The notes below the pieces were generated by a model. The model searched no databases. It was not told the DNA's origin and was given only the letters and a program-made list of their open reading frames with translations. A stretch of DNA of 64,000 nt, taken from the IMG/VR virus record IMGVR_UViG_3300015371_000019. One strand, 5' to 3'. The position numbers and the translations under genes were made by a program. The DNA comes from an uncultured virus (IMG/VR IMGVR_UViG_3300015371_000019) (Duplodnaviria > Heunggongvirae > Uroviricota > Caudoviricetes). Shown in pieces: positions 46,726 to 56,162 of this stretch. The first letter of the stretch is position 1. Every line of letters starts with the position of its first letter.

Positions 46726-48178
46726 TTTGATCCATTATCTTCAAGAACCGGGAGGCGGACACCGCCTTCCCTTCGTGCTCGAACTTTCCATCTTTGTACT
46801 TCACCTCCCGCTTGGCAAACCAACTCTTGCCCGGCGGCGAGATCTCACACTCAATTTCCAACGGGATGATGAGCCACTTATAGTGGGTCCGCAACTCTTT
46901 TACGACGGAGGCTACGATCTCCAAATAGTCGGTGAGTTCCTCCTCCGGCACATCCCCAATCATACTGTCGTGGATCTGCCCAACGACCCGACTCTTCATG
47001 TCCGCCGCCCGCAGCTTCCGGTTGACCTGGATCAGGGACCAGAGCAGACAATGGAATGCACTCCCTTGAACCGGGAGGTTGATAACCTGATTGCGGGTGA
47101 ACATGCCGTGGATCCGGAACCCGGACAGGAGGTCAAAGTAGCCCCGCTCCTGATAGGCGGTGTACCACTCCTTCCGCCACCGGCCGTATTGTTGGAAGCG
47201 CCTGTCCCAGAAGTCCTGCTCCACCCTCTTGAGATGGTGCTCGAAGGTTCCCGGGACGGGCGGAGAGTCCGGGTCGCAGGCTCCCAGCTCCTCTATCCCT
47301 TGTTCCGCTAGGTGGTCCCGGAGCGATCCGCCATCGGGTCCCTTCAGCTTCCCTTGTCGGATCCACTCCCAGAGGTTCCGGGCGCAAGACACGTAGAAGT
47401 CACCGTAAAATTGGGGGAAGACAAATTTGTTCTTGGCCCCGTAGCGGATGTCCTTGTCCACCTGCTCCGGTTTGAGCTTGTAGATTTGGGCGGCCATATC
47501 CTTGTGCATGTCCTTGCCCGGTGTCGTGATGTAGGAGATGAAGTTCCGGTCCTTGTGGTAACAGGCACTCACGCCCACCTCTATCCCTTTGAAGTCGTTC
47601 TCTACTAGGATGCACCCCGGCGAGGCGATGAACACCGAGCGGATGATCTTTGATATGATCTTATCCCTCACCGGAAAGTTCTGGAAGTTGGGGCTGTCCG
47701 ACGAGGAACGATAGGACCGGGCAATGTGCAAGTTGAAGATCGGGTGGAGGCGGTCCCCGATAACCTCCCGTTCGATGCCGGTGAGGAACGTCTTGAGGGC
47801 CTTGTCGTATTTGTACAGCTTGGAGAGACGATCTACGAAGGGGTGATTCAAGTCGGCCAGACTCTCCTCGTCCATCATCGGCCGGCCGTTCTCCGTGGTC
47901 TTCTTGACCTCGTGCCCTAGCTCGTCGTGTAATATAACCGCCAGCTGATCTCTCGAGTTGAGGTTCGCCTTGGCTCCAAACCGCCTCCTCCACCGGGTCC
48001 ACGTCTTATCCTCCTCCAGCTCCCGCCGGAGGTCGCGTGTCAAACCCTGAAGCTTCTCCTTGGTCCAGGCGAGGCGCCGGGTGTCGATACGGATGCCGAC
48101 ACTCTCCACCCAAGAGAGCTCGTGCAATCCGTCCTGAAGGAGTTGATATCCTTCCTGCCTATTGGCTTGTACTTTCAT
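46715..48178 (-). CDS. Family A DNA polymerase, polymerase domain only
   Basis: RSSS.SPNFQN.P, motif A DFKGIE, motif B R..AK..F...YG, N.PVQG, motif C QIHDS; start uncertain. Confidence 0.9.
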   Translation of the reverse strand: MKVQANRQEGYQLLQDGLHELSWVESVGIRIDTRRLAWTKEKLQGLTRDLRRELEEDKTWTRWRRRFGAKANLNSRDQLAVILHDELGHEVKKTTENGRPMMDEESLADLNHPFVDRLSKLYKYDKALKTFLTGIEREVIGDRLHPIFNLHIARSYRSSSDSPNFQNFPVRDKIISKIIRSVFIASPGCILVENDFKGIEVGVSACYHKDRNFISYITTPGKDMHKDMAAQIYKLKPEQVDKDIRYGAKNKFVFPQFYGDFYVSCARNLWEWIRQGKLKGPDGGSLRDHLAEQGIEELGACDPDSPPVPGTFEHHLKRVEQDFWDRRFQQYGRWRKEWYTAYQERGYFDLLSGFRIHGMFTRNQVINLPVQGSAFHCLLWSLIQVNRKLRAADMKSRVVGQIHDSMIGDVPEEELTDYLEIVASVVKELRTHYKWLIIPLEIECEISPPGKSWFAKREVKYKDGKFEHEGKAVSASRFLKIMDQNGN

Positions 48179-48209
48179 CCGTGAGTTGTTGTCCCAAATG
48201 CCCGACATT

Positions 48210-48629
48210 TTAATATCTCTTCGGCGGTCCGCCGCCTTCACACCAACACCCTTGTTCCGTCAACCTGGGGGCCAAGTAGTCCACGAGCTCCTGGCCGACG
48301 AAGAAGGTGAACATAACGTAAGGGTCGTCCTTCTTACCCCATGCGAAGTAAGTCTTCTCCGCCACCATTTTGTCGAACCACTCGTCCAGGTTATCATCCG
48401 GTTGGAGATCACCCTTGTGCACCGGGAGTCCGTGTTCATCGGTAACCTTGGCCGCCGCCTCAATACAGATTGGGCCGAGGTCCCGGACGGCCTTGGCCCC
48501 GATCATGAGCACGAATAGACCAGACTCCCGGCAGGGAGTTGAACTCCTCACCATAGCGAGCCGGTCTGCGCCGACTTGGGCGGCAGCGTCGAGGAGCCGG
48601 CGGAGGGTTGGCTTGGGTAGATCAGGCAT
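48210..48629 (-). CDS. Hypothetical protein inserted between polymerase halves
   Basis: ORF overlapping the end of the UDG-exo gene; no recognised motif. Confidence 0.5.
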   Translation of the reverse strand: MPDLPKPTLRRLLDAAAQVGADRLAMVRSSTPCRESGLFVLMIGAKAVRDLGPICIEAAAKVTDEHGLPVHKGDLQPDDNLDEWFDKMVAEKTYFAWGKKDDPYVMFTFFVGQELVDYLAPRLTEQGCWCEGGGPPKRY

Positions 48630-49806
48630 GTAGTTCCTTCCGTTGTAACTTGGCGAGATGCCATTCCAAGTAAGAGTCGGTGGCCCCGTAGTAAAGGAGG
48701 CGGTGTATGTCCAACTCGGCGATCCGATTGTAAGGTTGGCCTTTGACCGCCTCGAGGTAGGCGGCCTGCTTGTCGTTGTAGGACGGGACGCCCAAGCGGA
48801 CGAAGGCTTGGAACTTGAGCGAACAGATCCCGGTCCGGTTGTCGAGGCAGTGGGCAGCTAACATCGTGTCATGTCCCCAATTGACCACCCCGTGACCAAA
48901 CTCTTTGAGGAACCATCTCTCTTCCATCTTCAGGTTGGAGCTGATCTTCCTCGTCGCTTTGGAGTTGATGAACATCCCGGTGTACTCCCTGGCCGTCGGA
49001 GTCCATGGATAGGAGATTGTATCCGCCCCGTTGGAGATGGAACAGGACACGATCCTACCTTTCGGCCACTCTGGCTTGATGCAATTCGTTTCGACATCCA
49101 CTGCCGCCCATCCTCCGGCCCGGTTGAGGTCCCGGATGGCTTCATAAATCTCCCGGTCCTCGTAGAGAAGGCGGGGCTGGAAGTCTTTCATCACGTTCAC
49201 CGGGACGGGCTCGGAGGCGAGGGAGAGGGCCTGCTCGAGGTGTCCCCGGAACAAGCGATCCATCAAATTGGATTTCATCCGCAGTAGGTAGGCGGGATGC
49301 CAGGTGGGACAAACCCAATACGTCTCCAACGGAATCGTCCACCCGGTCCAGCGATCCATTGTCCCTATGTCCCCGGTCCAGAAGGGACCCAACACACTGC
49401 TCAGTGCTGACCGTCCCAAGGCGATGATGACCTTGGGCTGGAGTCTTTGGATCGCTTGGATCAAGTTCGGCCGGCAGTAGGAGATCCGTTTGTCGTCCGG
49501 GGTCGCATTGCCCGGCGGCCGGCAGATCAAGGCGTTGGTTACCCAAGCGTATCGGTCCATATCGAAACCCAAGCCCTCGAGGGTCCCGCGGAGGAACTGC
49601 CCGGACTTCCCGACGAACGGCCGGCCTTGCTCGTCCTCCGATTGGCCCGGGGCCTCGCCGACGATCAGGACACCCCGCTTGCCCTTCCCGTAGGGAGGCA
49701 TCTTCGGAGTCTGACAAGTCTTGAGTAGTCCGCAGGCCCCACACTTCGGGACGAGCCCGACCTCCGGCCTCTCCACGAACTCATCGACTGCGAAGAAGCC
49801 TTTCAT
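48622..49806 (-). CDS. Family-4 uracil-DNA glycosylase domain fused to 3'-5' exonuclease domain
   Basis: C..C, GEAPG..E, PFVG.SG, N...CRP, HPAY; DVET, DTML, Y.ATD. Confidence 0.85.
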   Translation of the reverse strand: MKGFFAVDEFVERPEVGLVPKCGACGLLKTCQTPKMPPYGKGKRGVLIVGEAPGQSEDEQGRPFVGKSGQFLRGTLEGLGFDMDRYAWVTNALICRPPGNATPDDKRISYCRPNLIQAIQRLQPKVIIALGRSALSSVLGPFWTGDIGTMDRWTGWTIPLETYWVCPTWHPAYLLRMKSNLMDRLFRGHLEQALSLASEPVPVNVMKDFQPRLLYEDREIYEAIRDLNRAGGWAAVDVETNCIKPEWPKGRIVSCSISNGADTISYPWTPTAREYTGMFINSKATRKISSNLKMEERWFLKEFGHGVVNWGHDTMLAAHCLDNRTGICSLKFQAFVRLGVPSYNDKQAAYLEAVKGQPYNRIAELDIHRLLYYGATDSYLEWHLAKLQRKELHA

Positions 49807-50858
49807 TTCTCCTTGGGCTTAACCGTCTCCTCTTTCTTCTTCCCGTTGTTATTTCCAAGGACAGTAACGTATTGCCAACTCCTACCCTCCTTGTCACCCT
49901 CCGCCCGCATCTTGTCCGGGGAGATCCTCGCATCCGAGTACTCCTCCGAAACATGCTTGAGCAAGGTCGGGGAGATGGAGAACTCCATTGGCGGTCCGTC
50001 GTAGGCGAGCTTCTTGATCTCCTTATACCACCCGGTGATCCCCTCTCCTTTCAGGCAAACCCGGCCCGTCTCTAGGGTGACGGTGACTAGCGGGTCGCCA
50101 GCCTTGTCGGTTGCAAACACCGCCGCCCGGTCGCTCGCCTCGGCCAACGTCCGGGGAACCTTGATGGAGTGCCCTTTGACGAGGAAGATCTTGGACAGGT
50201 CCGGGTAGTCCTCCGAGTAGCGCCGGCAGGAGAAGATCAACCCGGCCTTGTTACGGAAGTGGACCCAGGACGGGGACACGGCGAGTTCATCCATCGCCAA
50301 GTCCTTGATGTGCTGGAGCGAGGTCCCGCGGATCAAACAGGATCGCTTAAGCCCGGTGTCCACCTTCACCCGAATGGCTTGGAGGTTGTCACAGCTCTCA
50401 ATCCATTCGGGGTGAAGGTGGACGCAGGTTAGGATGAACTTACTCTCGTCGGAGCTGACGCAATGCTGGGCCAGATCCGCCGCCTCGGTGAACGCCTCCG
50501 GTAGCTTCCTCCACTTCTCCGGGATCTCTACCCGGTCGATCGGGAGAAAGATCTCCGCGTCCATGGTAACTCCGAAGGCTTTCCGCTTGCCCCGGAACTC
50601 TAACTCGCCTTTCTCGTTCTCTTTCACCTCCAGCTCCGGGTCGTTCATCTTCTCTAGGATAGCCATCAGGGTGGCGGCCTGGACGGCCCCGCGGACTTGT
50701 ATCACCGTCTTCTTCCGACAGGCCACCTCGTCGTTGAAGGTCATGACCTCGCCCTCGTTGAATACGAAGCAGGAGCTCTGTTCAATAAACTCCCGCGGCG
50801 AGACGCCGGCCTTCACCATTACCAAATCCTTAATCAGTTCATCGCGGTTTATGCGCAT
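49803..50858 (-). CDS. Sliding clamp (DnaN/beta-like)
   Basis: 351 aa; S.DES..ILT.V, YPD motifs; next to pol and DnaX. Confidence 0.7.
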   Translation of the reverse strand: MRINRDELIKDLVMVKAGVSPREFIEQSSCFVFNEGEVMTFNDEVACRKKTVIQVRGAVQAATLMAILEKMNDPELEVKENEKGELEFRGKRKAFGVTMDAEIFLPIDRVEIPEKWRKLPEAFTEAADLAQHCVSSDESKFILTCVHLHPEWIESCDNLQAIRVKVDTGLKRSCLIRGTSLQHIKDLAMDELAVSPSWVHFRNKAGLIFSCRRYSEDYPDLSKIFLVKGHSIKVPRTLAEASDRAAVFATDKAGDPLVTVTLETGRVCLKGEGITGWYKEIKKLAYDGPPMEFSISPTLLKHVSEEYSDARISPDKMRAEGDKEGRSWQYVTVLGNNNGKKKEETVKPKEK

Positions 50859-51027
50859 CGTTTTTCTTTCTCTTTAGGTGAGCCTTAATCATACGGACCG
50901 TTGCTTTGGACTTCGACGTCTTGAGCTCGAAGAAGCTCAACATTACATAGGGCTTGGGCTTCCACTTGTCGAAGCACTTCTCGTCCACGCCCTCAATCCC
51001 GGTGCCGCCGCTGAAGTAGATTCTCAT
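50839..51027 (-). CDS. Small protein resembling the N-terminal segment of DpdA/TGT-like proteins
   Basis: MRIYFSGG...VMLSFFE; ATGA-coupled to dpdA-like gene. Confidence 0.5.
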   Translation of the reverse strand: MRIYFSGGTGIEGVDEKCFDKWKPKPYVMLSFFELKTSKSKATVRMIKAHLKRKKNDAHKPR

Positions 51028-52028
51028 AGTCCAAAGCCGGCCGGGATCGCCCGGCGCCTATGCATTATCTTAGGGTTCAACGGCCAAGGCCAAGCGGGTA
51101 GGTTGTTCTGCAGTTCCTTGAAGTAGTAAAGGTTCGCCTCCATCCGGGCCCGGTGATGCGAGACGATACCCCACTCTACCATCTTCCACTTCTCCACCCA
51201 CTCCCCTTTCACCTTCACACTCTCCAACACCGCCTCCCCGATTGGCACCCCGGCCTCCTTCATGTACTGGAGGAACAATCCGCGGACCCGCTCGGAGATG
51301 TTGAGCATGTGGCGTTCCCGGCGCCTCGTCGTGGAGGATGCCGGGCAGGCATTGATCACCATTGGCTGGCGATCGTACATCCACCCTTTAGTCTCCGACC
51401 ATCTCGGCACAGGGATCCACCCGTTGGCGGGCCAAATCAACCACGAGGTCGAGTCCACACTGAACCACGGCCACCTCCAAATCCCTTTCAGGCCCGTCAT
51501 TGCGAACCCATGAACCTTGCAGACCGGGAGGTGTTTGTTGGAGGCGGGGCAGACTATCATGAAGACATCGTCGCACCAGGGTCGCATCGTTTCCCACCCT
51601 CCTACTCCCGATGCAAACCCACCTAAGCCAATCATGTCGTAGTTCCGGCCCAGGTAATGCTCGACGTATTTCATGGAGGATCCTTGGTGGATCACCGGGA
51701 CAGGGCGGAGCCCGTGTTCCTCCTCGAAGTAGCGTTGGGTTTCCATCGTCAACTCCGGGTTCCCGATCACATCCACGTTGGCGCAGAAGTCGAGACGGCC
51801 GGCCATCGCCTTCATGAACTTGGCGTAGTTGTCACAGTACTCCCGGAACGGGGAACCTTTGGTCAGGTTGAAGTAGGAGAAGTCCAAGGAGCTGTTCGCT
51901 ATCGGCGGAGGCTCGAGGATCCGTCCGTGCTTCCCGATCCTCTCCGCCGACTTGCCACGTTTCAGGACTTGTTGCGTGAAGAGACCCCACGCACCCGAGT
52001 CCATGAATATACCCTCGACGTCAATCAT
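51024..52028 (-). CDS. DpdA-like DNA-guanine transglycosylase (TGT fold)
   Basis: MDSGAW, NVDVIG, PVPVIH, IGLGG, VHGF, SVDSTSW; inside que cluster. Confidence 0.75.
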   Translation of the reverse strand: MIDVEGIFMDSGAWGLFTQQVLKRGKSAERIGKHGRILEPPPIANSSLDFSYFNLTKGSPFREYCDNYAKFMKAMAGRLDFCANVDVIGNPELTMETQRYFEEEHGLRPVPVIHQGSSMKYVEHYLGRNYDMIGLGGFASGVGGWETMRPWCDDVFMIVCPASNKHLPVCKVHGFAMTGLKGIWRWPWFSVDSTSWLIWPANGWIPVPRWSETKGWMYDRQPMVINACPASSTTRRRERHMLNISERVRGLFLQYMKEAGVPIGEAVLESVKVKGEWVEKWKMVEWGIVSHHRARMEANLYYFKELQNNLPAWPWPLNPKIMHRRRAIPAGFGL

Positions 52029-52324
52029 GTCGTCGGAGGGTTCCCGGCGGAAGTCCAACCGGTGTCCATTTGACTATCGGGTTCCTTCATCCTCTCCGGG
52101 TGGAGTGCCGCCCAGTTGGAGAACTGAGCAGCCCTCAGCCGGGAGGCCTCCCGGTGTTGGGAGTCTTGGACGGCCTGACAGTAACTGATGATGGTGTGGG
52201 CGGCATACTTGTCCCTAGCCCGGAGGATAAACACAGGCTCGTCGTCCGGGATAGCTTCACCGGACTGCCGGTTGACCAGCTTCCCGCCTTTGACTTCATA
52301 CTTCGGTTCTTGGTAGGCATTCAT
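52025..52324 (-). CDS. Hypothetical phage protein
   Basis: DEPVFILRARD..A motif. Confidence 0.6.
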   Translation of the reverse strand: MNAYQEPKYEVKGGKLVNRQSGEAIPDDEPVFILRARDKYAAHTIISYCQAVQDSQHREASRLRAAQFSNWAALHPERMKEPDSQMDTGWTSAGNPPTT

Positions 52325-52330
52325 GCCGTA

Positions 52331-53254
52331 TTATCTCCCGTTACTATGGGATGCCAATTCGATCAACTTGAAGAGCTCCGACCGGGCCGGATCGTTGTCA
52401 CGGAAGACTCCCCGCATCGCACTCGTCACCATCACACTCTCCCGCTTGGATACTCCCCGGCAGGCCATACACAAGTGCTTGGCTTGGATGATCACCGCCA
52501 CTCCCTTCGGGTCCAGGTGTTCCTCCATTGCGTCGGCAATCTGAATGGTCATCTGCTCTTGGATCTGGAGGCGGCGGGCGAAGCAATCGACGAGCCGGGC
52601 CATCTTCGACAACCCGACGATCCGCGGCTTCTCGGCCGAGGGAAGGTAGGCGACGTGGGCGACACCGAAGAAGGGGAGGAGGTGATGCTCGCAGCAACTA
52701 AAGAACTCGATGAACGGGCAAGCTATGATCTCGTCATACTTGTCAGCCGCGAAGTCCCGGGACAGGATCGCCGCCGGGTCCTGTCCATACCCGACCGTCA
52801 ACTCCTTCCACGCCTTCAACACCCGCTGCGGAGTGCCAACCAAACCCTCCCGCTTGGGATCCTCCCCGATGTACTGGAGAAGCCGGACCACGATATCGTC
52901 GGCCGAGCGATCCTCCCCGTCCTCCGTCACCTCCCACGGGAAAACAATCCATTGACCGTGGACGTGGGGAGGATCCAGATAGTCGGTGAGGGCTAGAAAG
53001 GGAGCCTTCGGGAACCGCTGCCGGTAGCGATCCCGTGTCGCCCCACTGTCCACAATATCATCAACAATGAAGTCCGCCTCCGATGCGTGCTCCACCTCCA
53101 TTAACTTATTGCTCGCCTTGCCGCAAAGTCTGGCCACCTCGGTGCCTCCACGCGGGACACCATACACACGAAACCCGTTGAAGATCTCCTCGTCCTTAAT
53201 CAGCCGGTGGACGGCCTTCATGCAATCCGCTTGGCTTAGAATCCTTTTATCCAT
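52331..53254 (-). CDS. folE: Phosphoribosyltransferase domain fused to GTP cyclohydrolase I
   Basis: [21 protein letters not shown]; then REGL..TP.R, CEHH..PF, GLSK.AR, QIQE, HLCM..RG. Confidence 0.9.
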   Translation of the reverse strand: MDKRILSQADCMKAVHRLIKDEEIFNGFRVYGVPRGGTEVARLCGKASNKLMEVEHASEADFIVDDIVDSGATRDRYRQRFPKAPFLALTDYLDPPHVHGQWIVFPWEVTEDGEDRSADDIVVRLLQYIGEDPKREGLVGTPQRVLKAWKELTVGYGQDPAAILSRDFAADKYDEIIACPFIEFFSCCEHHLLPFFGVAHVAYLPSAEKPRIVGLSKMARLVDCFARRLQIQEQMTIQIADAMEEHLDPKGVAVIIQAKHLCMACRGVSKRESVMVTSAMRGVFRDNDPARSELFKLIELASHSNGR

Positions 53255-53299
53255 AATTGTCTTCGTTCAAAACCGCGTTTGTCTTCGCTTTTCCGGCGT

Positions 53300-53995
53300 T
53301 TAGTATCCCTTCCTCAGGTCCCCGCCGAGGGGAACTAAGACTTGCGTGCGGGCGTCCCGACTATCCACCCGGTAAGGTTTGTGAATCTGCCACCCGGCCC
53401 GGAACCGTCCCCGGCCTTCCTTGACCGCGTCACTGATCGCTCCAAGCGTCACGGGATCCTCCCGGTGTCCCCACTCAGGGTGGAGCCAAATCGGGGCGTG
53501 TAGCTTCCCCTCCTTCATACTGAACACTTCTCCAATAGCATCGGAGTAGTACTTGATGTCCGACGGCTGTTCAACGATCACCTTGAACTCGTGGGCCCTC
53601 TGGACGTTCTCCCTCAGCGGCATCCTCCACTTCTTCGGGGACAGGGTAATCCAATCAATAGTCCCCCTGATCGGGAACGTCCCGCTCGTCTCGAGGTGGA
53701 TCCGGCACGCCAACTCCTCAGTCAGCTCGGTCAGGTCATGGACGGCCGGCTCACCCCCGGTGATGACGACGAAGTCCACCTCCGGCCCGTCCCGGTGCTC
53801 CTGGACGAGCTGCGCCACGGGTATCCGCTCGACGTGTTGCGGGACCCAGGAAGGATGCCAAGTCCCGGCGCTATCACACCAAGGGCATTGGACCGGACAC
53901 CCGAAGGTGCGGATGAAGAAGGCCGGGCAACCCATATACACACCCTCCCCTTGGAAGGTGTGGAACCGTTCGTGGATGGGAAGTGGGAAGCTCAT
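53300..53995 (-). CDS. queE: 7-carboxy-7-deazaguanine synthase (radical SAM)
   Basis: FQGEG, R..GCPVQCPWCD, ITGGEP, ET.G, SPK, QIHK. Confidence 0.93.
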   Translation of the reverse strand: MSFPLPIHERFHTFQGEGVYMGCPAFFIRTFGCPVQCPWCDSAGTWHPSWVPQHVERIPVAQLVQEHRDGPEVDFVVITGGEPAVHDLTELTEELACRIHLETSGTFPIRGTIDWITLSPKKWRMPLRENVQRAHEFKVIVEQPSDIKYYSDAIGEVFSMKEGKLHAPIWLHPEWGHREDPVTLGAISDAVKEGRGRFRAGWQIHKPYRVDSRDARTQVLVPLGGDLRKGY

Positions 53996-54495
53996 TCGTG
54001 TCGATAGGTTGCCCGGTTCTTGGAGTCCTCCCAACAAACGACCTCCACCACAAGCAGGCCCCGCTCCTTTGCTCCGGGGACCTGCTTGGTCACGATCCCT
54101 TGAACTTCCTCAAACACCCACTTCGCCAATCCCTCCATCCCGCAGTTGGGGACGAACACTATCTTTGCGACCGGAGACTGCACCGTCTCAGTATCCTCCT
54201 CCCCTACCCCGCCGGGCGTAACCTTGAGCTCCGATGTGAGCCCGGCGACAAGATATTCCAACCGCGGATCGTCCGAGTTGAGGAGAAGGGTGTGGTCGAA
54301 GCTCTCCACGAGGAAGGCCTTCACTTCCTCCAACTTGCCCACGTCCACCACGAAGCCATTCTCATCTAGGAAATTACACCCGAAGGTTATATCGAAGGCG
54401 AAATTATGACCATGAATGAGTCGGCAGTGGCCATCGTGATTGGGTTGTCTATGAGCTGCTGGTAAGTCCCGGTAGGATTTGGTTACTGTGTTCAT
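53992..54495 (-). CDS. queD: 6-carboxytetrahydropterin synthase
   Basis: AAHR...C..IHGHN, FDH, E.LA, E. Confidence 0.92.
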   Translation of the reverse strand: MNTVTKSYRDLPAAHRQPNHDGHCRLIHGHNFAFDITFGCNFLDENGFVVDVGKLEEVKAFLVESFDHTLLLNSDDPRLEYLVAGLTSELKVTPGGVGEEDTETVQSPVAKIVFVPNCGMEGLAKWVFEEVQGIVTKQVPGAKERGLLVVEVVCWEDSKNRATYRHE

Positions 54496-54752
54496 TTCTT
54501 CTTTCTCTTGAGCAGACGATCCAAGGACTTCCGACCGTCGAGGCGATACTGGATTTGCTTCCGGTACTTCACGGCCCCGACCCTCCGCAAGTAGTGGAGC
54601 GCCGGCCGGACGACGGAGAGGGGCAAGCCGGTGAGTTTGGACACCTCATGGTCGTGCCACCAACCTTCCCGCTGCTGGAGCAATTCCAACAGCCTCCAGC
54701 TCATACCCTGCCGCCGCCCTAGGTTGTTAACTGCTTGGTTCATCTTCTTCTT
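54492..54752 (-). CDS. Small winged-helix DNA-binding protein
   Basis: EVSKLTGLPLSVVRPALHYLRRVGAV; start inferred. Confidence 0.55.
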   Translation of the reverse strand, partial: KKKMNQAVNNLGRRQGMSWRLLELLQQREGWWHDHEVSKLTGLPLSVVRPALHYLRRVGAVKYRKQIQYRLDGRKSLDRLLKRKKK

Positions 54753-54763
54753 CATCCTATTAT

Positions 54764-56161
54764 CTACGGCAATTTGGAAACGAAGCAAGGGCATCCGACG
54801 GCCAGGTTCCCCGCCGTCCAGACTACTTGGAAGTCCGCCCACTTCCCGTCCCGGAGGAACACCCAGTTCAATCGGTAGATGCCGTGCACCTTCTCCTCGG
54901 CCGTCTGGTTGATCCCGATCATACCCGTCACATGGGCATTCTTCCTCTTGTCCTCGGAGAAATCCTTCTTCGTGATCAACTTCCGGTCGTAGGATGTAGC
55001 GGCGGCCTGGGTAGCAGTCACAAGCAGGAGGTGATACTTCTGCGAGATGCTCCGGAGCAAAGCCCACGTCATATTGACTTGGTGACGGAAGTCCATCTTC
55101 ACCGTGTGCGGTTCCGGGGCCAACAGGTCGGCATAGTCGATCACCACCACGTCCGGTACATCCTCCGGGTCCAAGTGTCGTAGTTCATTCTCGATCTCCC
55201 CGGCCGTGATAGAATGGGCGGATCGACATTGTAATGACAGGAGCCCTCCTCTTTTCCCGGCGATCTTCTCCCAATCTAGGATCCGTCCCTTCAAGGTGAC
55301 CTCCCCACTATCATAAACCTCCGACTCGACCTTCGGCTTCCGGTCCGCCCCCTCCTTGATGATTTGAAGGTCCCTAGGAATCTTTATGGACTTGGCATCC
55401 AACGGACGTCGGGAGGATCTCACCATCAATCGTTGGATCACCTCGTCCTCGCTCATATCCCCGACCACATAGTAACGGACCCGCCGGCGTTGGCGTAAGG
55501 CCTGCCAAACGGTTTCCTGGAGCCAGTAGCTCTTGCCCCGCTTCTCCGGGCCCACAAACGAGATGAACCGATCCCGCGAAAAGTGGGGCGAGAGGAACTT
55601 GCCCAAATCCTTAGGCCATATCACCACTTGGTTCTTCTCCCGGTTCAGCAAGGACCGGGCTATGGACTCCGCATCCACTTGGATCTCGCCACTACTACCC
55701 AACTGGATCCTCTTGTAGGACAGGAGAACCTCCCTCGCCTGGTCGATGTCCTTTTGTCGGAGGGCTTCGTCCATCTCCCCTTGGATCCGGTTCAACTGGG
55801 CCCCGTCGAAATAACGGGCGGCCAAATCCACAATGAAGTCCTCGTTCAGATCCTCCGACCGGCTGGCCTCCTTACCCAATCCCTCCAACATAGATTCCAC
55901 CAACTCCACCGCCCCGTTGTCCTTACACTGTAAGGCCCAATCCTGAAAGATGGGGAGAAGAGCCTTGCCCGGAGCCTTCCCATACTTCCGCCAGTAATCC
56001 AAGCACCATCCCGCTATGAGATCCGCCCACTTGCCTCCAAACAAGTTCTCGTGGCCCTTGGTAATGGAGGCGATCCGACCCAACACCCCGCTATGAATCA
56101 TCATAGCTATTAACACTGGCCGACTTTCCTTACCCGAGTAGTCCCTGACTATTATTGGCAT
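54764..56161 (-). CDS. DnaB-like replicative helicase
   Basis: GPEKRGKS, VVVIDYADL, TATQA, SEDK.K. Confidence 0.85.
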   Translation of the reverse strand: MPIIVRDYSGKESRPVLIAMMIHSGVLGRIASITKGHENLFGGKWADLIAGWCLDYWRKYGKAPGKALLPIFQDWALQCKDNGAVELVESMLEGLGKEASRSEDLNEDFIVDLAARYFDGAQLNRIQGEMDEALRQKDIDQAREVLLSYKRIQLGSSGEIQVDAESIARSLLNREKNQVVIWPKDLGKFLSPHFSRDRFISFVGPEKRGKSYWLQETVWQALRQRRRVRYYVVGDMSEDEVIQRLMVRSSRRPLDAKSIKIPRDLQIIKEGADRKPKVESEVYDSGEVTLKGRILDWEKIAGKRGGLLSLQCRSAHSITAGEIENELRHLDPEDVPDVVVIDYADLLAPEPHTVKMDFRHQVNMTWALLRSISQKYHLLLVTATQAAATSYDRKLITKKDFSEDKRKNAHVTGMIGINQTAEEKVHGIYRLNWVFLRDGKWADFQVVWTAGNLAVGCPCFVSKLP

Positions 56162-56162
56162 A

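Noticed and set aside
48210..48629. Intron-encoded homing endonuclease or intein in the polymerase
   Set aside because: No HNH, GIY-YIG or LAGLIDADG motif and no intein termini; the split falls at a domain boundary.
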